Shown here piece by piece: positions 51,700 to 64,000 of a DNA stretch of 64,000 nucleotides. The stretch comes from Trichoplax adhaerens (Eukaryota > Animalia > Placozoa). The notes under the pieces are model-generated. The model searched no databases. It worked only from the letters and a program-made list of their open reading frames with translations, and was not told where the DNA came from. The stretch is from assembly GCF_000150275.1 (NCBI RefSeq), contig NW_002060961.1:62001-126000 (forward strand), read 5' to 3'. The number at the start of each line of letters is the position of its first letter. Within the stretch, counting starts at the first letter, position 1. The translations under genes were made by a program, and so were the position numbers.

Positions 51700-51970
51700 T
51701 GCTGGTACAGTACAGTACAGTATGGGGAGTTTGATCTTTGTACTGTGCACTGTAGACTGTCGCCGGTACCGTACTGTACGGTATTGTACTGTACTGTACA
51801 GTAGTACAGGATACACAGCTTATTTTCCTGAGTGCCACTGAAGTTAATCCTGCTGTACAGTGTACAGTGTACAGTACGACTCGATTCAAAAGTAACAACT
51901 TGTACTGTACTGTGACGTAATGGCAATACAGTCACACGATTTCATGAGACCACGACATGACCGGAAAATG
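51700..51970. promoter_or_regulatory. TACAG/CTGTA pentamer-rich, partly palindromic tract upstream of the CI-MPR gene
   Basis: gtacagtacagtacagta, gtactgtactgtacagtagtacag and tgtacagtgtacagtgtacagtac, plus tgacgt and ccggaa motifs, in a locally GC-richer region. Confidence 0.4.
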
Positions 51971-52602
51971 ACATGCATGAGAGGCATGTGACTCGAGTCA
52001 ACGCTGTCGTTAAAATTTGTCAAGCAGATCATGCAGTCTGGCCTGTTGCGGATTGCTAAACTTGCAAAATTGAAATAGTTGCAATGGAGAATGACATGTA
52101 GTTATTTTCTATTTGGGCTAATGATACTGTAGCTACAAGAGTTCTACTGATTCTACCCTGAAGCAGCAAGCGAGCAATATACAAAACAAAACAAATACTA
52201 TAGTAGCGTGTAAAAATGAAGAATCAAGCGCATCACATGACATGGCCATTTCGCAAGGAAAACATAGTAGTAACAATCGATGACGTAATGTATTTTCACT
52301 TACAAGCAAGCAAAAGAATTAATTGAGGATTGTTGTGTTTCATGAGAATAGGCAATTGGTCTACATAGGAATCAGTGGCTAATGCAAGGGATGTCAGAGA
52401 TTTCGAGGTTCAAACTGCTTGTGAAAAGTAATTTGGCAGTTATAAAAAATAGACGAGAACCATCTACTGAACTCTCTACAGTACACTTCATGCTGATTCT
52501 GCACGTGATGGGTATGCTTATCCATCTCACTCTGCGTTTGCCAGTGATGGGATTACAAAAAATGGCGCATTTATTTAGCTTATAGGTTGTATATAGAGTA
52601 GC

Positions 52603-52632
52603 ATATATATATATATATTTATATATATATAT
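52603..52632. repeat. (AT)n microsatellite
   Basis: atatatatatatatatttatatatatatat. Confidence 0.9.
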
Positions 52633-55600
52633 GTGTTATATACTAGCTACAAACCCAATGTAACCGCGCTTTTCCCCCATAAAACGTTTCATACTGTATT
52701 GATTGCTAAAAACTTAAAATTCTACAAACTCTCCGTTTGATTGCAGATAGCACTACATAAAAATCCACTTTTATTACTTACAGTCTATGCATATATATGC
52801 AGCGATAGCAATAGGCCCCTAACAGACGAGGATATCTTCATGTAGATGACACATAATTCCAAGTCACATAGCGCTTTACTCTATATTCATGCAATAGCTC
52901 GCTCTTTATACTGCGAGTGCTTAACTGTTACCTTACTTAATCTTCCACAACATCAAGTAATTTAATATGATCTAATCCAAGTAATTCATCGGCAATTGCT
53001 CCACATTATATACGACGTACCTGTTCATATGAAACAGTTAAGGAAAGCTAAAAAATTCAATTATGCAAACAAAATCAATCCAAGCTTATGTAAAAATGTT
53101 AAGATACATATTGACATTTTTCAGGTAGCCTCTACACTTGATATCGCCTAATGGTATAATGACACCATTCTCAAGCTTAACATCTCCGCTAGGATCCAGT
53201 TCTACCGCGCCTACATCTAAAGCATACGGAATAGAATAATTGCACAGTTCTTTTAAATTCTAACCAAGGAAAAAACTATTCAGTACAGAAAAAGACAAAG
53301 GCCTACATTTAAAGCGATTAGCTTTTCCTTGCAGCTTAGGCATATCGTATTCTTGATTTGCACTAAATGATTTAAAAAACTTAGAAATAGTCAATTTCTG
53401 CAGCCGTCTCAATATCCTTTCCATTTCATTCGCTATTCATATACTAAACACATGGATTTCTTTTATCCCTATGACTATACATATCGGCATAAGAGCATAG
53501 CCTATGCTTTAATAGGCAACATATATTCTCCCCACAGCTACTTTACATAATAGTAATAATCCAGTAGAATATGTATAGGTTGCTTCACACTGTAATGCAA
53601 CCTAAATCATGCAATAATTTACTTTTTCAATTTGATAAGACTACCAAAACAAATATGAATTAAATGAAGTTTTTGTATTTTAGGGTTAACTACATTCAAT
53701 CTTCTTTACTTTCCAAAGCGTATCTATTAATTATATATGGGAGAAGAAAGTGTGCATTAGCGAACTCCAATTAAATCACCACTGATGGTGCAACCGACAA
53801 AAAATAATAGCTTAGACTTATGACATGCCTAATAAATAATATCCTTTCCCAAATTTAAAACCTCTTTCCTACCGTGAAAACAAAAGGAAAACCTAGCCAG
53901 CACATTTTTTTCAATTTGCCCAATTTTAACAGGAATTGGGAAAATTAGCTGACATTTAATCCGGTACCTTAGATCAATTATGTTGACTAGTTAAAATATT
54001 TAGCCTAATTAAAGTTTCATTTTTTTATAAAATGAATAACAAAAACTTGACATACAAGCTCACTAAATTTTGGTACTATCGGTCGCATATCGTGGGATAA
54101 TATTCGATCATAATGAATTAAACGATTTCCATTTCATAGCAACATTCGATTTTTAGCATTGGAATATTTCTCATAATGCCTATGACTTTCATGATCTTTT
54201 ATCCTAAATATCTGTGGATATCGCATTAGCTGATGCAATTCCTACTGTAATCTTTAGCACATCCATGTTAACCAGGAAATAGAAAATTTCTGTGGTTAAA
54301 CCTTTTTAACAGCTAAGCTGTATACTTTGTCATATGGATGTCGGAAACTTTTGTTACCATATTTGAAAATTATATTGAATTCTTCGCTGTCATACGATAC
54401 AGACTAAGCAATTTATAGAAAAAGATGTAGGAAATTAGAGGATTTATATGGCTAACAAACATACATAAAATCACACTGTTAGCCTTATCTCTGAGCCCAT
54501 ACTTCTATATTTATATTTAGCAATTGATACAGATCATAAAATGGATCTATTCCAATTCTTTTCGTGCGTTTGACTAGCTCGTAAGCAGTAAAAATATCCA
54601 TAGCATTCTTAAAAATAGTATTGAATTATCCATATTTTTTCTATTGCTGTAATTTTGCTGTTTTAATTATAGTAATATAAGATACTGTGATAGATAGAAT
54701 TGCTGATTTTGTTACTTCAATTTGTAGAAAATTTTACAGAATAGACTATCAATACACGCACATAAATTACATTCCATCATTAGCCATAACGAATTACCTC
54801 TCACGTCTTCTATAGTAGCTAATATTAAACCCCACCGCTTCTTGCTTACTGACTAAGAGCAAGCGAGTCCTGTGATACAGTCTATCTTATACATATGAGA
54901 CTTTCTAAAATTACGCTATCCAATAAACTCCAATTTTTTACTTTAATTAACTCGTCATGTATTCTTCTAATTTGGGATAGAGTTCAGTCTGTACATGCAA
55001 ATAGTTTAATAGCTCTGACTACATTAGAAACAACTCACAGAGAATAAATTCTAAAGTAAGTTGCATACTTTGCATACTTGACTACTCTTACGATTTTCAA
55101 TAAATAATAAAGATAACATACAACTATAACTATGGAGCTAACGGCTAGAAGAAGGCTAGCAAGTTATTAGCTGTATAATAAAGGTTTACGACTTATAATT
55201 CATTACATAATTAATTACTGATCATTTATCATCACATGGATTAGCTCGTAATCACACGAAAAATAGTGCCAATAAATTCAACCTAAAGTAATTGAGAGAG
55301 GACTATTTGATGCAAATATAACAACATGATAAGCCTGCTATTAAGAAAAGTTGATGCAGAATTTACAGTTATTGAGCAAATGGGTAAGTGTATCGGAAGT
55401 TGTCTGCAAGCTTGTTACATAAATACCACATATCATCTCGTAAGTGAAAGAGTGATGCTTTTCGTCCGTTCATTTTAATTCTAAACTCTGTGTTAAATAT
55501 TTGTGAGGTCTTTATTAATAACTCTAAGAGAATACAGTATATATTGCTGAATTGTTAGCTGTACACAACTAGAGGCATTACTAAACTAGAATTCTATCGT

Positions 55601-58337
55601 TTCTAGTAGCTGATAGTGATATTACATTGTTGACTTTCTGCTAGAATTATAAGTTACTAAGATGGAATTTTTACGCGAATTTAACTATTTTGGAACAAGA
55701 GAAAGATATTTTCAACAGCCCATGTTCTCTACAGTGTTGCACACAAGAATATTCTGTAACTGACTCAAGCTACTCACTGCTGACATTGTTAGCTAAAAAG
55801 AAATCTATATGAGCTTGTACCTATTGGTTACACTAAAAATATACTTCAGTAGGCTATATCAGAATCCTATAATATATATATGTATATATTGACAGATGGC
55901 TCATATTTCCTCCTATTAGAATCAATAACTATCACACCTATCCGATGATGGTACAATACGGTAGCCTATTTTTGACATTACTGCTACATCATATGTTGTT
56001 GAGGCTAGACTTACTTATGTTTATAGTTCATTTAGACACTTTCAGTAAAATACACTTTCTATCGTCCAAGATAGGCTTACAGTAGCATAACATGATAGAA
56101 TATACATAGCCCATACATGAAGTTGTTGACATAACTAGCTAAGAGTAATCCTGGATTAATTCTTACATTATTTTGGCTCATGATTAGCTCTGGCAATGAT
56201 CAAATTAGCACAATACATCAATCAGTCTTAAGGCAGTATTATAACTTGAAAATTATTTAGTTTATTTAATATTTTACTTAATGCTTTAAAATATCTATCA
56301 GATTATGTTATACTTGATCATTATTTGTGGCCTGAAATCAACGTTCAGTTATATACCTGATTTAAGATATTTTACAGCAAGTGAAAATTATTAAGATCTC
56401 AGGTTAAGTTAATTCAACTCAGTAATCAAATACAGAATCTACATTTGGCCCTGTCCGTAATTTTATGATACTTACCTCGCCAATTCGACTAGCGTAGTTA
56501 CATATTATAGATATACTCGTAATTTAATTTGTTAATGCAACGACAATCAATAATTCTCTGGCAGCAGGCTTAGTTTGCTTAACGGAGTATTATAATATCT
56601 GACTTTAAAGTTAGTGTAAATGAGTGCATTAATACCGATATACCATACTTCAAATATTGAATGCACCTATTTTAAGGTAAGCATATTTAAAAGTAAGGAC
56701 CATATTCTCTACAGATTAAGAAGAAACATTAAGAAATACCTTAAAAAATAATGTGAGTACAGAATTTTATTTATGCTGTATCTTAAAACATAATTTTCAG
56801 AATCGATATCGGAAAGATTGTACAGATCATATTTGATCTTTGACTTCTACAATCTATAATACACAGTAGTTCTAGTGTAGAAATTGAAATAAATTATCAG
56901 CTTAGCACCAAACTACATGGGTGTGATCTCTATTCTTATACTGCTTGCTATTATATCACTGAGTTTAAATCGTGGACATTAATCTCTACTAAGTGGAGCT
57001 GCGCTATTTCAATAGATAGTGATGAAGTTTAAAATTTAAGCGGCATCTGTTAAAATAAAACAAAATTAATCTGGGTTATCATATATTAAATAGTTAGTAA
57101 TACATAATATTATCTAGCATTTAATATAGCCAATCTTGAAATCCTATATGAACTGCGAATTTTGCAATTACAACATGTTCAATTGTACATAAATCAATAC
57201 GTCTTTATTTACTTTTATCCGTGATCAATCTTACGTAAGAGTTAGCCATATATTCTGTAATAGGTTACGGATATGGCAATATGTATAATCTATTTATATA
57301 GCCAACTCAAATCCTATCCCAGTTTGCATTCTACCGTCATAGTATTGTATGTAAACAATATTTAGTGATAGTTTGGTAATCTGGCATCCTTCATATTTTA
57401 CATCATGAAATTGTGAGGAATTTTGAAAATTACATTTAGTACTAATGGTCGAAAATTTCCTTAATTCTGATCGGTAAACAATTTGAATTTGAATTTATCA
57501 TGTTTTATCATACTGATACAAGCATTTAGCATGTAGATTCTATATATCTCATACTCAATTTGAATTCCATCTAATTCTCTCCTACGAAGGAAATTACTGA
57601 CAGATATTGTTTAGTTTCGGTAAGCCAACATATACACCTATAGTATAGTCATTATATCTTTTCATTATATTCAATTACTTAGTTATATCATATGTTACAA
57701 GTAAATGTATGCATAATTCTGTGGGATGATTTTAATTCCTATCGGCAACGGTCTTGTTTGATGTTTTGTTATTGAAAGATTATTTAAACCTCGGTAAACA
57801 GAAACGATATATAATTGAAAGTCTCAAATTCGGTCAATTAATATCAGTAACATAGAGGAGAAGAATAATTATACGGCAGCTATTAGTACGCCTAAGTTTC
57901 TTGAAATTGACAAAAGTCATATATAAACTACAACATATGTTGACCATAATGTACGCTATTATAAAATATACTATATTTTAATTCCTCTATTAGTTATATA
58001 TATACATCTATTACTTACCATTATTCATGAATAATTCATGAATTTGGCGTTGTCAGTAGTCTTATAATTAATTAATCTATCCATCATACTAGATATCCTA
58101 GCCAAATCCTAATAAATGTACTGTCTAATACAACGACCAAATGCAACCCATTACCGATGCTACTACCCTATCAAATCACTTGAATAATGACAACAGGCAA
58201 ATTATATAATAGCACGTCCCTAGAAAATTTTTAGTCAATTACATCTCAAGTGTTGTACTAAAATACCTTAAGCATACGATATTATACTAATGTAGAATTA
58301 GTTCGAATTTGATGTATAAAGGTAAATTATAATTATC

Positions 58338-61300
58338 ATGCCTATCAAACGGAATATTAAAAGTGTAGGCATTGAAGATAGTTTTGAGAAAGCCGTTAGT
58401 AGGTTGCGTCTGGAGAAATGTGCTGCTTTACGTGATCGTAGGAAATGGCTCTCCTTGGAAAGGATCAAGAAGCACTTTCTAACCACTAAGGTAATAACTC
58501 TTAGGCTATAATATTACTTAGAGTCAGCCATAATGAGTTAAAGAATAATCTCCCATCTTCAGTCGATAACTGTTTAGGATTAAGGCGCTTCTTCTCTTTC
58601 GTAAAATTTTATAAAGAATAATATATTCGCTGTCTAATATATAGTAATTTATACATAATATGATGATTATAAATATTTATCGGCTATCGACCGTATTCTA
58701 CTTCCTGATCTGTCCTATTCGTTGTTAAGCCTAAATCTGCTTAAAGAAATCATCATTCGCAAAAATCTCTGACGTTCTTCTTTTTATAGTACAAACACAG
58801 TGATAGATAACTGTTTAGCTCGATCTCGTCGGTATGATTAAAGTTTCTCAAGCTAAATAGTACTTTAAGTAATATTGCAATTAGATAATAAATAGTTTTA
58901 AAAACAAAAATAGAACCATATGGTCTTTAAAAGTACAGCTTAAAATCTTGTATTATCGTTAAGTCTGTTGCCTAATTATGCTAGTGTAAATGAAAGATAT
59001 TCTATCCAATGTTTTCAATTTTACGTGTTTTCCGGTTAAAAACTCTAATCCTCATCTCAATTTGATCATGTTAGGTTCTTCGTTCCTTTCTACATACTTT
59101 GAACATTGTCGTTTTTTACTTAATGGCATTAGCTGCTCTATCAACTTGGATATGCCAGAGATTTCGTAAGCAAGATAGTCATAATTGCCACTGGTTTATT
59201 TATTTATCGGATCTTTTATTTTTTTGTTTATAATAATTTCTTATACTGATGTTGAAATATCAGCCTTTCCAATTGTAATATTTTTCTGATATTGAACCCG
59301 AAAGAATAGATTTTCATCCCATGACAAAATTTTGCACTATATTATTTGTAGTGTGATGAAATCAGATATTAGTTTAATTGGTACGGAATACTACAGTAGT
59401 TTAACCCTATTCTGGCGCGAATAAATCTCATCCTTCCAAAACAGTAAAAGGATTTCTCGATAGCTTACATTTCTGCTTGATTCTCTGACACTGACTGGAG
59501 AGACGTTTATCATAGAAGCAATCAATAGTTGATTTTCCAAATCTAGCTAGCTTTGCGTCTCTTATAGATCTGCTGATTAATTACTACAGTGACCATATCT
59601 ATGCTTTGTTTAAAGCATACGATGCAAATTATTCTTATTTTGTACTTTATTTATGTTTACAATAACCCGATTTATGAATTGTGACGGTAATAATTCCATC
59701 GTATTAATGGATTCTATCTTGAATATTGCTCTATACAAGTCTCTTAATCTTTGATTGATGAAAACACTGATCAGTGATACGTTTATCTTAAAGTACTTAA
59801 ACTTTAGCTGTAACTTTGACTAACCCATGAAAATATCTTCGTCAACAAGATTTATAATATTATAGAATCTAACAAGTATCTATAACACAAGTATAATCAT
59901 AACGATAGCATATTTTCCCCTAGACATTTACTTTGATGTTCAAATGACAACCTTTGTTGGTCCTACCGTCTTCCCATTAGCTTTTCAAATTAATGGTAAG
60001 AAGTACTAGTATAAAATTCCTCTGTATTACCCTTATGCAGTCATCAAAAATTGCTTAATTCCTTTTTGCCTATAGCTACCTTCCAGCGTCGAGAACGAGT
60101 TTTAGAATATTTAGCAGAGATGAAAGCAGCCCTGATGGAATTACTTTTCTGTCATAAGAATTGGACTAAACCAGCAGGTTAAGTTATTATACTTATATTT
60201 TTAAATAAGACGAAAACTAACTAAACAAGCTCAGTAGGATGTACTTAATATATTTTGCCATGGTAAATATTTTAGGCCTTCCAAATTCTTTTGCTCGGAC
60301 AACCGCCCTAAGATTACAAGAACTTATCGTTAGCATCCATCTATACCTTTTGCAAGAAAAGGAAAAGGAAAGGCTCTCTTTATTACGGGTAATGAGGTGT
60401 ACACTATACTGTAGTAATTTCTTTAAAGTCAAGAATAGCAATTCTATTCTATGGAAATGTGATACATTAGACTTGGTCGTATTAATTGGCCTACCGTAGA
60501 TCCCATTGGAATAGAGATAGTAGTAATATCATTTATCAGGTTAATATAGTTGTTTAAGATGGGACTAGATAAAAAAATTAATGGCGATGCGATAGAAACT
60601 TCTATAGTTATTACCAATCATACTGTGGTTACTTATATTTATATACGAGTATGACAGTATTATCAATTATCGCGCAAATTTAACTGTTCTACGTGAATCG
60701 GAGAATTAATTTGATAATGTTTCATTTGCATCTAGACAATCTATCACTTGCTTAGCAGCCTTAGTGAGCGTAATGAAATTATCCGAGATACTCCACTCTG
60801 TGGTGCTGGCCCTTTATGTACAAGAGTAATCCATTATCACAAGTAAGATACTATACAATTTATTAACTAGCATTAATAAAATCTAGGCAATAGAGCAATA
60901 CAAATCAAAGATTAAAGTACATGTCGTATTTTACTTAAAATACTGCAAATACTCGTATATGTCGACAATAGTGATTTTATTTAGCTATCTCATTTTTTAT
61001 CATTTCCAGCTTAATATGCCATTCCTTTGAAAAGCTTCGCATTATCCGTGAATATCGATCACCTCGCAGCATTATGTCATTTACCAAAGTATTTATCTTC
61101 ATGATGCCAATTTTGCTATCTCCAACCTATGTTTACATTGGCATTAAAGTAAGTAAGGTTGTCGAATAAATTGGGGAAGAAATAGTGTACTGTATTTATT
61201 GCCTCTTGAAGTGGTTTAATAAATTAAAGGCTAGATTAGTTCTATGTCATTACTGTATTAAGAGACAACGTAGCGATTATAGCAAGTAATCTGCTACCTT

Positions 61301-63079
61301 ATTCTATCCGAATTCTATGATTGCTAACGATCCAAGATGATGATTATAGTAGCATGAGAGGCTAAATATCTACCACTGTGGTTTGAAATTTTTTTTCTAA
61401 ATTGAACTACGTAAGCTTTTGCTATCCAAATTTCGTAATTGCTAACGATCCAAGATAATGATTATAGTAGAAGGATAGGCTACTTAGCAGCTTGTTATGG
61501 CTATTATCAGATTATACTGGCACAATAAATAATTTGTCGCTATTTTACACTTACACTTACCTAGCTAATATCCGTAATACCGTCTAACTTAACCCTTTAT
61601 TTCTACGCTTCTTCACAGAGGATGATTAATCCTCTTAAATTCTTATAGCTACCTGATTTTGCTATGACGTTATTTGTAGATTTATTAAATTAATTTTGTA
61701 AAGCTGCATAGAAGAGAAAATTCAGATATTTCAACGTTGTAAATCTAACCGTAATTACAACTTTTGATATCTTGTAGTTAGTAATAATTGAAAAAGAGAT
61801 AGAATTCATTTTACTTTCATTCTTGCTCAAATACAGGCTGGCTCTGACTGGGCGGCTTATTATGTTGCCACTTTAACTGCGTTTCTTTTCGGCTGCCTAC
61901 AAGCGGTATCTGATGCTTTGGACGATCCTTTCGACGGTATTGGCCAGGATGATGTTAATTTTAAACAGGTTTGACGGAATAGTTCACAACGATACCTTTA
62001 ACTCATCGATGTTACAGTCTAATTAAATAGATGGAGAGTATTAAGTGTCAAATTAAGAAATTCATGCCCTTAAGTTGTTAGAATAAACACACTATAAACA
62101 GAAGATATCGAGCTGCACGTTAAGAATCCAATTAAAATGAAAGAGTCCATTATCTTCGCTTTAGATGATGTAGAACCCTAATTCTTGTTTAATTTCTTAT
62201 TGATCCTAGTTTGAAAATTGGCCTGAAGTTTCATTATTGGAATTTACTCGCATTGGCGGCCAAGAAAAACGTGCCACTGACCATGCTAAAGAAGACGAAA
62301 CCAGGAAGCATTTAGTTGATCAAGATATAACATATGTTACCGATCCAATCGAACGAGGCGATGCCATCCAAACGGATGAAAAATGGCATAGTATTGGTAG
62401 AGGGAATCTCATGAGCTGTAGTGATGCAATAGGGCCAGAAGACGTTGTAGATGATGTTATTCTCGATGATAATATCGACGTTGGAGATAAAGAATCATTA
62501 GAAAATCAACCTATGGTCCATGATGGAATGTATAGTTGGACATCACGTCATAATTTGGATGATATTTACGACTACATACATGACGGTGACGAAAATCCGC
62601 ATGGTAGTATACCAAACATGGAAGTGCTAAATATACCGAACGATAATGAATCTTATACGCAGACTAAAAGTCCAAAGAAGCAATTACCAACTAAAGCAAA
62701 TATCTTTGATTCGTCCGGTAAACGACGTACGATGACCATGGACTTAGCTCAAAGGCCTACAATTAGGAAAGCTAATTCCTCTGGAGGCATGCCTGCTCAT
62801 TGGAATAGTCTAGGGCGCACTGTAGCATCACCAAATAAGCAAAGCAACGTTGAATTAGGTATTACAAACCTAAATCCTCCAGAAGTGCGACGCCAATTAT
62901 CTTATTCTCCAACAGATTTTTCTCGATTTATATCTGTAGATAGGACAGTTAATACGAGTAAATCACAAGTGAATGGCAGATGTGCTAGTCCCTTGCTAAC
63001 CCGACCAGCTAATTTAGAACCGAAAAGGTTATTATCCACTAGCCAAGTTCTACTACAAACAGATGAAACTATAATCTGA
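58338..63079 (+). CDS. Non-canonical bestrophin-like membrane protein (putative ion channel), 9 exons, ~592 aa
   Basis: Phase-consistent GT-AG exons 58338-58490, 59075-59165, 59924-59995, 60076-60177, 60276-60388, 60736-60842, 61010-61148, 61837-61968 and 62210-63079. Four hydrophobic segments; motifs VFPLAFQINATFQRRE, FEKLRIIREYRSP and ALDDPFDGIGQDDVNF, then a long hydrophilic tail. Confidence 0.8.
61300..61485. repeat. Short intronic direct duplication (~120 bp period)
   Basis: attgctaacgatccaagat.atgattatagtag at 61320 and 61438. Confidence 0.8.
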
Positions 63080-64000
63080 ATGAAAATTTATTAAAACCTG
63101 TGAATGAGTAAAGTAATGACCTGAAAATATAGGCTAAACACTGCATCCATTGGCTGATATATTAGTAGCTGTAACCTGTAAATATTCCTCAGGACATTGG
63201 TAATCGGTATACACCTGAGATTAACCTCTCAGAAAACAAGATTAAATTCCAGAATGATAGCGATGATTTTCTCTGCCTGACTACAGCTGCAGTCACCTGG
63301 AAGGGTAATGCATATTAAAATCTAGTCCTCTTTATGTCTAGTACGATAACATTGATTCTTTTACTATCAATCTTAGTGATCTGTACAGTACATCAGAGAA
63401 TTTGAAACTATTTATCTCACAGCTGCAAATAAAATGGTATCACGCTTGATGCTGCTTGCCAAGCCTTTTTATCTATCTAGCATTATCGTTATTCTTCATA
63501 ACACTTGATATTCAACCTAAACTGCGTAGATTGTATCAATCAGGCTTAAATATCGAGAAGGATAGATACTTCTCCCATTGTCCGCTACGATATGTAAGCA
63601 ATCTGTAGCTTTCAACCGCTAATTAATGCGTACTCAACACTTCCTTGGCAAAGCAAATCGGATCATAAACGGGACCAAGTACCTAACACCTCTCCATTTG
63701 GCACATCAACAGCTAAAATGAATTGTTCTGTTGAGAATGTAGGACTGTCTTAAAGACATTTATTATTCGATACGTGACACAATTCGTGAAGATGCCAATC
63801 GTATTGTTTCTTAACTATACTAGATCCGAAAAATTAGAAGACCGAGCTGGTATGAGCAATTCATTGTAAATTTTCTAGTCTCTTGCTCCAAGAATGACTA
63901 TAAATGATTATATTGAAATGATTATTAATTGAAATCGTTCTAAATAAGTAATTCTAATAAAATTGATTATTTTAAACCATAGCGATTACTTAAATTAACA

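Noticed and set aside
51609-51935. ORFs rich in TVQYC/VLY
   Set aside because: Translations of the TACAG/CTGTA repeat tract.
52640-58300. 5.7-kb ORF-poor region
   Set aside because: No exon chain, RNA gene or repeat structure could be supported; probably intergenic or 5' UTR intron of the bestrophin-like gene.

Overview
AT-rich, intron-containing animal genomic DNA. The compact genes, short GT-AG introns and gene content suggest an early-branching metazoan such as a placozoan (inference only). From left to right the window holds: an intronless class A GPCR; repeat-rich DNA with a decayed multi-exon gene remnant; a tandem cluster of three class I SAM-methyltransferase paralogs (one intact, one with an internal exon duplication that looks like a newly born intron, one pseudogene); a complete DOP1/Dopey gene; a cation-independent mannose-6-phosphate receptor (IGF2R-like) with only 12 MRH repeats and repositioned sugar-binding motifs; and a 9-exon non-canonical bestrophin-like channel gene that the ORF track largely misses. 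Top findings are the apparent intron gain by AGGT tandem duplication (20799-20930), the unusual CI-MPR architecture, the atypical bestrophin, and two long hairpins. Exon models were built by hand, and comparisons with mammalian proteins are from memory, not database searches.
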